NCBI GenBank assembly: GCA_964645975.1
Contig: CAZYAF010000005.1
Span: 98,681-162,680, forward strand
Reading direction: 5' to 3'
DNA length: 64,000 bases
DNA from: an uncultured Acidobacteriota bacterium
Lineage (GTDB): Bacteria > Acidobacteriota > B3-B38 > Guanabaribacteriales > CAZYAF01
Shown here: in pieces, positions 1 to 9,481 of the stretch
Layout of the letters: every line of letters starts with the position of its first letter
How positions within the stretch are numbered: position 1 is the first letter of the stretch
Made by a program: the position numbers and the translations under genes
Notes under the pieces: generated by a model
Seen by the model: the letters and a program-made list of their open reading frames with translations, nothing else
Database searches by the model: none
What the model was told of the DNA's origin: nothing

Positions 1-218
1 CTTTGGATCGCAAATACCATGCCAGTAAAAGTAGCGGTAATCAATACAACCGGTAAAGATTTGATACCAATTTCCTCCATTTGAGTAAATATGAGCCTCA
101 GGCTGAAGGGTGGTCGGAAAATCCATATTACAGTGTCTTTGAATAAAAGAACAATTTCCCCTACCTCCGATAAGAAATTTTTTAACTTTTTGATAATAAT
201 CTCGAAGATTTCTTTCAT
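1..218 (-). CDS. mlaE: MlaE family ABC transporter permease (5' part; runs off window start)
   Basis: Manual translation from ATG at 218: MKEIFEIIIKK...IFRPPFSLRLIFTQMEEIGIKSLPVVLITATFTGMVFAIQ, matching the MlaE 'QM..IG..SLPVV.IT..FTGMV.A.Q' motif. Confidence 0.85.
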   Translation of the reverse strand, partial: MKEIFEIIIKKLKNFLSEVGEIVLLFKDTVIWIFRPPFSLRLIFTQMEEIGIKSLPVVLITATFTGMVFAIQ

Positions 219-243
219 TTTGATATGGTGCTCACAGAGTTTA

Positions 244-1602
244 TTACAATTCTTCAGTTTCTATGTATTCGCTTTTTGCTAAATCGAAAAAGCGGGTATA
301 TTTCTTCTGAAATGCCAGTTTAATTGTGCCCGTAGGTCCATTTCTATGTTTTGAAATGATAAATTCCGCCAATCCTTCATTTTCAGGGGTGGAATTATAT
401 TCCTCTTCTCTGTAGATGAAACAAACCAAATCTGCATCTTGTTCAATAGCTCCTGATTCGCGCAGGTCAGAAAGCTGTGGTCTACGGTCTGCTCTTACTT
501 CGGGAGCCCGACTAAGCTGGGAAAGTGCAATTAAGGGTATATTAAGCTCCTTTGCTAAGCCTTTTAAAGCTCTGGATATGGCTGAAATTTCCTGGTTGCG
601 ATTTTCAAATCTTTGTGGCATGGTCATAAGCTGCATATAATCAACGATAAGTAGACCTAATCCATATTCCTGTTTTAGCTTCCTGGCTTTGGCTCGCATT
701 TCAACTACGGATATACCAGGCATGTCATCAACGAATATTTTTGCATCCGAAAGTACGCCCATTGCCTCATATAATTTATGCCATTCTGCATCTTTTAAAA
801 AGCCGGAGCGCAGCTTTCGGCTGTCCACTTCTGCTCTGGAGCACAGCATTCTAATTACTAACTGCTCTTTGGACATCTCTAAGCTGAAGACGCCAACGGT
901 TTCATCAGTCTTAAGCCCAACATGTTGGGCAATATTGAGGCTGAGGCTGGTTTTGCCCATAGCAGGACGCGATGCTATTACTATATAATCGCCTGGTTGA
1001 AGCCCGCCGGTAAGTTCATTAAATTCAATAAAAGGTGTGGGAAGACCAGTTATTAATTCCTTCTGCTCATAAAGTTTATCAATATTTTTAATGGTGTCTT
1101 TTGCAATCTCTTTGAAACTAATGAATCCTCCAGTAACTTTTTCCTCAGCAATGGCAAAAATAGAACGCTCAGCATCGTTAATTATGACATCTGTATCTTC
1201 ATCTTGAGTATAGCATCGGGATATTACTTCATTGGAAGCAAAAATAAGCTGTCGAAGAACAGATTTTTCTTTTACAATACGAACATAATACTCAATATTT
1301 GTAGTTTTAGGAACGCCATCTATTAAAGATGCTAAATAAGCTGTGCCACCAATAGATTCCAAATATCCGCTCTTCTTGAGTTCTTCGCTTAAGGTCAAAG
1401 GGTCAATAGCTTTTGATTGCTCCCAAAGGGCTTCCATTTTTGCATATATTTTTCTATGGGTTTCTCGATAAAAATCATTTTCTTGCAGCATCTCGGCTGC
1501 TTCGTTGAAGGCTTTATTTTCTACTAAAATGGCTCCAAGCACCGATCGTTCTGCCTCAATGCTGTGAGGCACCACTTTTTCTAAGGTAATGTCATCTTTC
1601 AT
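244..1602 (-). CDS. dnaB: Replicative DNA helicase
   Basis: PHSIEAE N-terminus, Walker A SRPAMGKT, IVDYMQL, LSQLSR, DLRESGAIEQDAD, KHRNGPTG. Confidence 0.98.
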   Translation of the reverse strand: MKDDITLEKVVPHSIEAERSVLGAILVENKAFNEAAEMLQENDFYRETHRKIYAKMEALWEQSKAIDPLTLSEELKKSGYLESIGGTAYLASLIDGVPKTTNIEYYVRIVKEKSVLRQLIFASNEVISRCYTQDEDTDVIINDAERSIFAIAEEKVTGGFISFKEIAKDTIKNIDKLYEQKELITGLPTPFIEFNELTGGLQPGDYIVIASRPAMGKTSLSLNIAQHVGLKTDETVGVFSLEMSKEQLVIRMLCSRAEVDSRKLRSGFLKDAEWHKLYEAMGVLSDAKIFVDDMPGISVVEMRAKARKLKQEYGLGLLIVDYMQLMTMPQRFENRNQEISAISRALKGLAKELNIPLIALSQLSRAPEVRADRRPQLSDLRESGAIEQDADLVCFIYREEEYNSTPENEGLAEFIISKHRNGPTGTIKLAFQKKYTRFFDLAKSEYIETEEL

Positions 1603-1710
1603 GATAATATATTTTAATTCATATTTTAGTAATTTCAGTTACTTAATTAAATATTTAATTATTTGGCTAACTTTAATGCTTTTTTCTTTCGTGCGCCGTT
1701 AATAAATCCA

Positions 1711-1932
1711 TTAATTTTTGATTCTTCCTGTCCCTGATAATTCACCCAGCAATCTATCTGCCTCAGAAAGTAAAAGTACAAAATTTCCATTATAATTAAT
1801 AACAGGGGGTAATGAATTGGGCACAAAAGCCCAGTAACCTCGAGATGTTTTTTTACATTTTCCGGCTGTGGAATTCTCAACATCTTTTGGACTCAATATT
1901 TCTTGCCTTATCTTATTTACCTTTGATAACAA
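1711..1932 (-). pseudogene. Truncated Fic-family protein, N-terminal (Fic_N) fragment only
   Basis: GYWAFVPNSLPP...LLSEADRLLGELSG resembles the N-terminus of Fic/DOC proteins; stop after ~60 aa; no HPFxxGNGR motif downstream. Confidence 0.65.
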
Positions 1933-2184
1933 GTACTATTATTGCTGAACATCACGGCAAGTGGAATGAATATAATTCTTATTAACGGATATACCCAAAT
2001 CCGTAAATAGAATATTATTCATTTCTACCACTATTTCATAGCTTTTTGCTTTGTAAATTGTTAATTTATATAACTATCCCTAAGTAATACTCAATAATAA
2101 TCTTCATTATATAAAATAACTCTTCTTAAATTAGTAAAATTATACACTATATTTTGGGGTTACGCAAAGGAGATAATGCTAAGA

Positions 2185-2625
2185 TTATTCTCTAATAACT
2201 ACGAGGCTTATCTGAGTACTAACCTCGGGATGGAGTTTTATACTAACCTGATATTCACCTAATTTTTTGATTGATTCTAAAATTAATATCTTTCTTTTAT
2301 CTATTGAGAAGCCCTCTTTCTCCAGCAATTCTGCTATATCTGCAGTCGTCACTGAACCAAAAAGGATTTCCTCACCTGCTTTTTTACTTACGGTAACTGT
2401 TATGTTATTTAATTTTTCTGCTATTTTTTCGGCATGTATTTTTTCTTTTTCTTCTTTATTCTTCTGTAATTCTTCCTCCTGTTCAAAGCGCTTAATGTTA
2501 GCTGGAGTAGCTAAGATAGCTAATTTTTTCGGCAAAAGATAATTGCGTGCATATCCATCAGTCACATTCACAATACTTCCTCTCTCTCCCAGTCGTCCTA
2601 CTTTCTGGTTGAGTATTACTTTCAT
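2185..2625 (-). CDS. rplI: 50S ribosomal protein L9
   Basis: MKVIL...LG..G..V.V.DGYARNYLLP; LFGSVT. Confidence 0.98.
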   Translation of the reverse strand: MKVILNQKVGRLGERGSIVNVTDGYARNYLLPKKLAILATPANIKRFEQEEELQKNKEEKEKIHAEKIAEKLNNITVTVSKKAGEEILFGSVTTADIAELLEKEGFSIDKRKILILESIKKLGEYQVSIKLHPEVSTQISLVVIRE

Positions 2626-2847
2626 AATTAATCCTCCCTTTATCGATTCGCTTTAACAGTAATTTATAATATAATTTCGCCTGCTTTCCAGAAAAAATTA
2701 ACGGGCTTAATAGTTATAAAAGAAGGGCGGTATCTATAAAGCAAAAATTATTTTCACAACTCTATCAATATATTGTTATTGAGCCTTAACTACCGAGAAC
2801 CATTAAGCGAGTACCGTAAAAACTGCAACAGAATTTAAATTATAGGT

Positions 2848-3111
2848 TTAATCTGTGGTGTAAGGAAGAAGAGCAATATGTCTTGCACGCTTTATAGCTT
2901 TAGACAGCATTCTTTGATGTTTGCTGCAAACGCCTGATATTCTTTTAGGTAATATTTTGCCTCGCTCAGGAATATAGGGTAAAAGAATTTGCACGTTTTT
3001 ATAATCAATATAATTTATGTTGTTTTCACAAAATTTACAAAATTTTCTCCGCCTAAAGACATACCGCCTTCGTTCTCGATCTAATTTGCTACTTCTATTT
3101 CTATAAGCCAT
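2848..3111 (-). CDS. rpsR: 30S ribosomal protein S18
   Basis: [37 protein letters not shown]. Confidence 0.98.
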   Translation of the reverse strand: MAYRNRSSKLDRERRRYVFRRRKFCKFCENNINYIDYKNVQILLPYIPERGKILPKRISGVCSKHQRMLSKAIKRARHIALLPYTTD

Positions 3112-3123
3112 AGCATCTCTCCT

Positions 3124-3462
3124 TTAAGAAGCCTCAGTGGCTGGTTGTTCCTCTTGCTTATCAATCCTGATATTTTTTAAATCCAGCTTAACAGTAAGAT
3201 ACCGTATTATATTCTCACTAATCTTGAGTTTCCGTTCAAATCTCTGCACTATTCCTGGAGGGCCTTGATAAATAAAATGGACATAGAGGCCTTCTGTAAA
3301 TTTTTTCACTGAAAAGGCTAATTTTCTCATACCCCAATTATCAACTTTTTCAATGGTTCCCTTTTCATTAGTAATGTAGTTCTTAAGCTCCTCTAAAATC
3401 TTTACTCTTTCTTCATCGCTTGTAGTGGGAGCAATAATCAATAGAGTTTCATAGACTTTCAT
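3124..3462 (-). CDS. rpsF: 30S ribosomal protein S6
   Basis: YETLLI, WGMRKLAF, G.Y, IIRYL; upstream of rpsR. Confidence 0.97.
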   Translation of the reverse strand: MKVYETLLIIAPTTSDEERVKILEELKNYITNEKGTIEKVDNWGMRKLAFSVKKFTEGLYVHFIYQGPPGIVQRFERKLKISENIIRYLTVKLDLKNIRIDKQEEQPATEAS

Positions 3463-3467
3463 AAATA

Positions 3468-3512
3468 TTCCTCCTTATGGATAAAAGCCCTATTTTAAAA
3501 GAGCAAGGAGTT
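3468..3512 (-). promoter_or_regulatory. Putative S6:S18 ribosomal protein leader RNA (autogenous control)
   Basis: Minus strand aaCTCCTTgctc-ttttaaaata-gggc-ttttatcc-atAAGGAGgaat before the rpsF ATG: outer stem CTCCTT/AAGGAG sequesters the SD, inner gctc/gggc hairpin and CC bulge, as in the known S6:S18 motif. Confidence 0.7.
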
Positions 3513-3558
3513 ATTCCCCACAATTTTTGTCATTACATTATAACATATGTTCGCTTTA

Positions 3559-5526
3559 TTAAAATAAGGAAATAAGTATTAGAGAAAGCAAGGGAATAAA
3601 TTTAATCACTATACTCATCGAAGGTCCAGCTACTTCTTGTAATGGATTACCAATCAATCTTCCTACTAAATAAGCATTATAAAGAGATTCATCTTCCTTT
3701 TTGGGGGCTATCTTATCAATATAGAAGATGGTATTTTCCCAGGTAATACCTCCGTAACTCAGGAAAAAGGCTAATAATATTCCGGTAAAGATAACTCCTG
3801 CTAAAAATCCAGCTAATCCCTGCTGCAGACCAAATAATGGAGTGAAGCAAATTGGTGATCCAATAATAAGGAGTGCAGGAAGAATTACTTGTTTTAAAGA
3901 AGAAGAATGTGCTGATTTAATAAGATTTTTTAGAAAGGAGTCTTCTTCTCCTTGATTTTTCTCATCGGACGACTTCAACATTTTCATTCTATTTTCTAAT
4001 CCCTGCGTCACATTAACAACAGCAATGATGGCTAAGGAAGCTACTAAAAACGGAATAATAGCACCTGCAAAAGACCCAATGACTACTTCTACTCTGGTTA
4101 TGTCTATCAATTTAATCATTGCCAAATTTTTAAAGGCTCCAAAAAGCGTGTAGCCTGTTAATGCTGCAACGGTAATGGATAATCCCTTTCCAAAAGCGAT
4201 AGCAATATGACTGCTCGCTTTTAAATCTTTCCCAATAGAATTTTTACTCTTAATTTTTAATGTGTGTAACATATTGAGGCTTACCTGCCCTGCAGAGCCC
4301 CAGGCATTCATGGCTGAAGCCATTAGCAAAAAGGAACTTAAGGTAATTGCGCTCAAAGAAGTCCCGTAAAAACCATGAATACGATAGCTCAGGTAAATCG
4401 CTGCACTGATCAGCAATACTGGAAAAGCGGTGCTTTTCATCGCCGATGCAAGTCCAGTTATTATATTAGTGGCTGCTCCGGTTTTACTGGCTTCAGCTAT
4501 TCCCTTTACGGATTTTCCTATTGTGTAATATTTTGATATGAGCATAATAGCAAAACCAGTAATTACCCCAATAAGAATAGACCAAAAACACGTAAAGGGA
4601 AGTTCGAACTCTATTATCAGGTAATAAGAAATAACCATTAATAATATAAAAGCTATTATTGGTAATGCTAAATTATCTGGTTTCCACTTTTTTCTTGTGA
4701 TAATTTTCACTAAATAAGCTGCTATGAAAAATGAAATAAAACCTGCTGCCAGAATAAATAAAGGGAGAAGCAGCCAATTATTCCCATATCCCTGTTGAAA
4801 AATACTGAGTACTAAAGCAGCAGTTGTTGACGCAATAAGAGAATCGAAGAAGTCTGCCTCACGAGAACCGATTCCATTGAGGTGATATTTTAGATTAGTA
4901 AGGTAATTAAGCGCTTGAAGAAATTTACTATCCTTTTTTGTTTGTTCTTTATTAATTAATGCAATTTCACTTTCAGCTACTTCGCCCATGATACCTGCTG
5001 TTATCCTTTCGAAAAGAGCAAAAAAGCATACTCCTAATGCAAAGCTTATAATATGATATATATCGATTATTTCTTTCTGTAAGAGATAATAAGCACCAAA
5101 TAATACTAATAGTGTCACACTTGAAATTCGTAAAGCTGAAAGCATTCCACTTTTAAATAGTATCGCCGTGCTATTAGTCTCATCATTATTTACATAAAGA
5201 GCATGAGCTGCTTTTTCGCCTGAAAACAAAGAGGAATTTATACTCAATAGATTAATAAAAAGAGAAACAAGGGTCCCTACAAAAAATGCTATTCCATTTT
5301 TGAAATCCCATTGCCAGGTAATGAGCAGTGCTAAAATAATTGTAAAAACAAGCTCTAAAATATACTGCTTTTTTTGATAAGCTCTGGTTCCGTGGTTTAT
5401 TGACTTACTCAAAGCTTTAATGCTCTCATCCGTAGATTTGCTGCTTTTTATCAAAAAATAAAAAATAATCCCATTTATTATGGCTATCAGCGCTAATACT
5501 GGTAGGCTAAGAATTATTCCGTTCAT
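3559..5526 (-). CDS. Membrane pyrophosphatase (HppA-family) homologue, catalytic residues degenerate
   Basis: Many TM segments; KYYT, [45 protein letters not shown] are collinear with H+/Na+-PPases, but the [26 protein letters not shown] and [10 protein letters not shown] motifs are replaced; ATGA overlap with pth. Confidence 0.85.
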   Translation of the reverse strand: [655 protein letters not shown]

Positions 5527-6119
5527 TTTTCCTCCACTTGCAAATTATTATAGTTTTTTCGATTAAATATAGTCATAGCTTTGTTAGTTCCTTCAGTTAA
5601 TATTGTAATAATAGCTTTTGTTGCTCGATCTAAAATTTTTTCGACCAGAAGTAATTCTTCATCGGAGAAAGTTTGAAGTACATAATCAGTTAATGAAATA
5701 TCTAAAGTTTCTTCTGGACCTATTCCTAAACGTATTCTGATAAAATTACTGTCTTGTAAATTATTAATAATTGAAATGAGACCTTTATGTCCTGCTGGCC
5801 GCCCTCCTTTTTTTATTCGTAAGCTTCCTAATGGAATATCAACATCATCATGCAAGATGATTAAATCTTCTACGGAAGCTTGGTAATCGCTCAATACTTG
5901 TTTGATGGCAATACCGCTATTATTCATATAGGTTTGAGGCTTTACGAAAAGCACAGGAATATCGTTAATCTTGCTCTTCAGGTATAAATAAAAATGCTCC
6001 TCTTGCTCAATCTTTTGATTGATAGTGGAAGCTAAATAATCAAGTGCTAAGAAACCAAAATTATGTCGGCTCCATGCAAATCTTAATCCTGGATTCCCTA
6101 AACCAGCTAATATCCTCAA
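5523..6119 (-). CDS. pth: Peptidyl-tRNA hydrolase
   Basis: GLGNPG, RHNFGF, KPQTYMNNSG, HDDVD, GHKGL, RIRLGIG; TTG start. Confidence 0.97.
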   Translation of the reverse strand: MRILAGLGNPGLRFAWSRHNFGFLALDYLASTINQKIEQEEHFYLYLKSKINDIPVLFVKPQTYMNNSGIAIKQVLSDYQASVEDLIILHDDVDIPLGSLRIKKGGRPAGHKGLISIINNLQDSNFIRIRLGIGPEETLDISLTDYVLQTFSDEELLLVEKILDRATKAIITILTEGTNKAMTIFNRKNYNNLQVEEK

Positions 6120-6247
6120 TTGGAAAAATTTTTTCTTATATTAAAATGATAAAAAATGATATTTCACTACTTCTAATGGAAAATTTGATTTAGTGAGCTT
6201 AAGGAGATTGTGTTAAAGAAGCAGAAATGATGGCATCAAGCCACTTA

Positions 6248-6949
6248 TCAATCATTTTTATCTTGAGCTTCTTCCTTTTGCTCCCGCTCTTTCTCCACTT
6301 TTTTTTCTGCTTCCTTCTCTCCTTCTTTAACTTCTTCTTCTTCTTCTTCAATCTCTTCAGGTACTGCTTCCTCTACTACTTCTACTTTAGTTGGAGGTAC
6401 CACATTTGCAACTAACTGCTCTGGGTCACTAAGTACTTTAACATCTGCAGGTATTGTCAAGTCTTTTACTCGTAATATATCATGAATACCCAATTGCGAT
6501 ACATCTACTTTAATGAGCTCAGGAATTTTATCAGGAAGACATTCTATTTCAATTTCCCGGGTAGCGAAATTAAGGATTCCACCGAAGTCTTTTACTCCAG
6601 GAGCTTCTCCAATCGTAACAAGCCTCACAGAGGTTTTAATAGCAATATCTGCTGAGGTGAAGTAAAAATCAACATGCAAAAGAGTCTGTTTTACCGGCTC
6701 TAATTGAATGTCTTTTATCAAGGCAAGTCTGGGCTTTCCTTTATTGTCAATTTTTAATTTGATCATGCTGCTTTCTCTTTCAGTAGACCGTAATATTTCG
6801 CTCATTTCCTTCGTTTTTATCACGATAGGTAAGGCTTTTTCTTTTGGGCCATAGGCTACAGCTGGTATCAAGCCTTCTCGTCGTAAACGGGACGCTGACC
6901 CTTTACCTGTATTCTCTCTTGTCGTTGCATTTAAGATGTTTTCTTTCAT
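6248..6949 (-). CDS. rplY: 50S ribosomal protein L25 / general stress protein Ctc
   Basis: R...GKG.ASRLRREG.IPAV.YG, HVDF, acidic C-terminal tail; likely start ATG 6949 (ORF extends to 6976). Confidence 0.95.
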   Translation of the reverse strand: MKENILNATTRENTGKGSASRLRREGLIPAVAYGPKEKALPIVIKTKEMSEILRSTERESSMIKLKIDNKGKPRLALIKDIQLEPVKQTLLHVDFYFTSADIAIKTSVRLVTIGEAPGVKDFGGILNFATREIEIECLPDKIPELIKVDVSQLGIHDILRVKDLTIPADVKVLSDPEQLVANVVPPTKVEVVEEAVPEEIEEEEEEVKEGEKEAEKKVEKEREQKEEAQDKND

Positions 6950-6977
6950 AATGCTTACCTTTTGGTAAAATATCACA

Positions 6978-7919
6978 TTAGATAAATAAAGAACTTACAG
7001 AAGATTCTTCGTGAATTCTTTTTATTGCTTCTCCTAACAATTGTGCTACAGAAAGCTGGATAATTTTCTCTGATTTTTTTGCTTCTTCGGATAATGGTAT
7101 TGTATTAGTAACTAAAACCTTTTTTAAGCACGATTTTTCAATACGACTTATAGCTGGACCGGATAAAATTGGATGGCTTCCGCTTGCATAGACTTCTTTT
7201 GCACCATTATTAATTAATGCTTCGGCAGAATTAACCAGCGTTCCTGCTGTATCTATCATATCATCTATAATAAAAGCTGGCTTTCCTTTTACATCACCTA
7301 TCACATTCATTACCTCGGAGACATTTGCTTCCTCCCTTCTTTTATCAATAATAGCAAGGGAAGCTCTTAGACGCTTACCGAAAGCTCTTGCTCGTTCTAC
7401 TCCGCCTGCATCAGGTGAGACTAAGACTAAACCGCTTAATTTCATTTTAGTGATATAATCAATAAAAACTGGAGCAGCAAAAAGATGATCCACAGGGACA
7501 TCGAAGAAGCCTTGAATTTGGGGGGCATGGAGATCCATGGTTAACACCCTATCCGCTCGAGCGGCTGATATTAAATCTGCAACCAGCTTTGCGCTTATGG
7601 GCACTCGTGGCTTATGCTTTCTGTCCTGGCGAGCATATCCATAATAAGGCATTACAGCTGTAATTCTACGCGCGGAAGCTCTTTTAAAAGCGTCTATCAT
7701 GATGAGAAGCTCCATCAAATTAACATTCACTGGGGGACATGTGGGCTGTATTATGAACACGTCTTTTCCCCGAACATTTTCTAAAATTTGACAAAAAATC
7801 TCTCCATCGCTAAATTTGCAGAGCTTTATTTGCCCTAAAGTGAGCTTCAGATAATCACAAATACCTTCAGCTAAATCTCTATTTGCACTGCCCGTGAATA
7901 TAGCTATTTCGTTATGCAC
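6978..7919 (-). CDS. prs: Ribose-phosphate pyrophosphokinase
   Basis: [44 protein letters not shown]; likely GTG start at 7919 after GGAGG. Confidence 0.98.
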   Translation of the reverse strand: MHNEIAIFTGSANRDLAEGICDYLKLTLGQIKLCKFSDGEIFCQILENVRGKDVFIIQPTCPPVNVNLMELLIMIDAFKRASARRITAVMPYYGYARQDRKHKPRVPISAKLVADLISAARADRVLTMDLHAPQIQGFFDVPVDHLFAAPVFIDYITKMKLSGLVLVSPDAGGVERARAFGKRLRASLAIIDKRREEANVSEVMNVIGDVKGKPAFIIDDMIDTAGTLVNSAEALINNGAKEVYASGSHPILSGPAISRIEKSCLKKVLVTNTIPLSEEAKKSEKIIQLSVAQLLGEAIKRIHEESSVSSLFI

Positions 7920-8007
7920 GCATCCTCCCACATTCTATATTAAATATTAATCTATCTCATCGGAGCTACTTCCTAAAGAAGCAATAGCAACAAATCCTAA
8001 AAATAGC

Positions 8008-8082
8008 TGGCTGGGGCGGGAGGATTCGAACCTCCGAATACGGGATCCAAAATCCCGTGTCTTACCGCTTGACGACGCCCCA
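8008..8082 (-). tRNA. tRNA-Gln(UUG)
   Basis: tggggcg...cggga-tt-TTG-ga-tcccg...ggttcgaatcc...cgccccagCCA; usual position between ispE and prs. Confidence 0.97.
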
Positions 8083-8173
8083 TTTTAAAAATAATTAATG
8101 TGTAAATAGATTTAAGTAATTTATTTTTTGCAAAAACTGAAATTATAATTGCAGCCAATTTTACGATTATCTT

Positions 8174-8461
8174 TTAAGATAGTTCTTCAGAGGTTTGCAT
8201 CTCCTCAGAAATTATATTTTCATATTTAATGAGAATAACATCCTCCATCGCCTTACGAGTTTCGCTGTTCAAAGGATGAGCTATGTCTCTAAATGTGCCA
8301 TCTTTCCTTTTTTTGCTCGGCATGGAGATGAACAATCCTTTATTGCCGTTTATTATTTTTATATCACTGATTATAAAGCAATTATCCAATACAATAGAGA
8401 CAAATGCTTTTAGTTTCTCATCATCTTTAACCGGGAATACTCTTACTTCTGTAATTTCCAT
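8174..8461 (-). CDS. spoVG: SpoVG family DNA/RNA-binding regulator
   Basis: MEITEVRV, LKAFVSI..D..F.I.DIKII.G..GLFISMPS.K..DG.FRDIAHP. Confidence 0.95.
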   Translation of the reverse strand: MEITEVRVFPVKDDEKLKAFVSIVLDNCFIISDIKIINGNKGLFISMPSKKRKDGTFRDIAHPLNSETRKAMEDVILIKYENIISEEMQTSEELS

Positions 8462-8563
8462 TTGCTATTGCGCTCCCCTCTTAATAAAGTTGTTAAGGTG
8501 AATGGATAGTTTAGAACTAATGAAAAAAAACAAAAAAGCTTACAATTCCCCCCTTTCTAAAAC

Positions 8564-9463
8564 TTATTTAAATATTAACTTTTTATATGCATTGGAGCTA
8601 ATAGTTTTGCTGCTAAACACATTATAGCCTTCATCTTTAAAATGGAAATATGCTTTTTCTGCAGAAACCTTATTATCAAAAATAGCAAAGACAGCTGGTC
8701 CGCTTCCTGACATTGAGCAAAACCTGCTGCCTATTTTTTCCATCTGAGTTTTTATTTCTGCAATCAAAGGTGCTTCTTCTATTACATCTTCAAAGTCGTT
8801 TCTTAATCCCTTGTCTACTTCCCCCTTGTAAAAGGCAAATTTCCTTAAAATAGTATTACTATTTCGTTTTTTTGTCAACTTTAAATTCCATTTTTTATAA
8901 GCATTTGCACTATTTATATGAATCAAGGGGCATGCTATTATTATATATTTCTCATTAATTTCCTTTAAAGCAAAGAGCTCATCTCCTCTACCAAGTCCTA
9001 ACGCCGTTCCCCCTAAAATAAAGAAAGGAACATCAGAACCGATTGCTGATGCCATAGTAATAAGGGACCTATCATCAAGTTTTAGATTCCATAATTTATT
9101 GAGTCCAAGTAAAACCGAAGCTGCATTACTACTTCCACCACCTAAACCAGCGGCTATTGGAATATTCTTTTCGATTCTTATATGAAGACCTTTTTTAATA
9201 CCGCTGAAAGACTTAATTTTTTGGGCCGCTTTAAATGCTAAATTATTTTCATTTAACGGCATATCTGGGTGCTTACTCTCAATTTCAATGCCCCTGGTTA
9301 TTTCCCTTATATAAATAGCGTCATGTAGGTCTATAGTTTGAAATATGGTTCGTAATTCATGATACTCATCTGAACGTATGCCTACAATCTCTAACCCTAC
9401 ATTTACTTTTGCATAAGAATTAATTCTTATTGATGAATATGTTATGACCTTTTCCCGTGGCAT
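8564..9463 (-). CDS. ispE: 4-diphosphocytidyl-2-C-methyl-D-erythritol kinase
   Basis: AKVN.GL, YHEL.T.FQ, KNIP.AAGLGGGSSNAA, GSDVPFF, MSGSG. Confidence 0.97.
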   Translation of the reverse strand: MPREKVITYSSIRINSYAKVNVGLEIVGIRSDEYHELRTIFQTIDLHDAIYIREITRGIEIESKHPDMPLNENNLAFKAAQKIKSFSGIKKGLHIRIEKNIPIAAGLGGGSSNAASVLLGLNKLWNLKLDDRSLITMASAIGSDVPFFILGGTALGLGRGDELFALKEINEKYIIIACPLIHINSANAYKKWNLKLTKKRNSNTILRKFAFYKGEVDKGLRNDFEDVIEEAPLIAEIKTQMEKIGSRFCSMSGSGPAVFAIFDNKVSAEKAYFHFKDEGYNVFSSKTISSNAYKKLIFK

Positions 9464-9481
9464 TATGGTATCTTTGTGTCT

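Noticed and set aside
2848-3462. Absence of ssb between rpsF and rpsR
   Set aside because: Direct rpsF-rpsR linkage is common in several phyla and is not unusual.
8174-8461. spoVG as evidence of sporulation
   Set aside because: SpoVG is a general nucleic-acid-binding protein found next to ispE/prs in many non-sporulating bacteria; Mla and TonB genes indicate a diderm.
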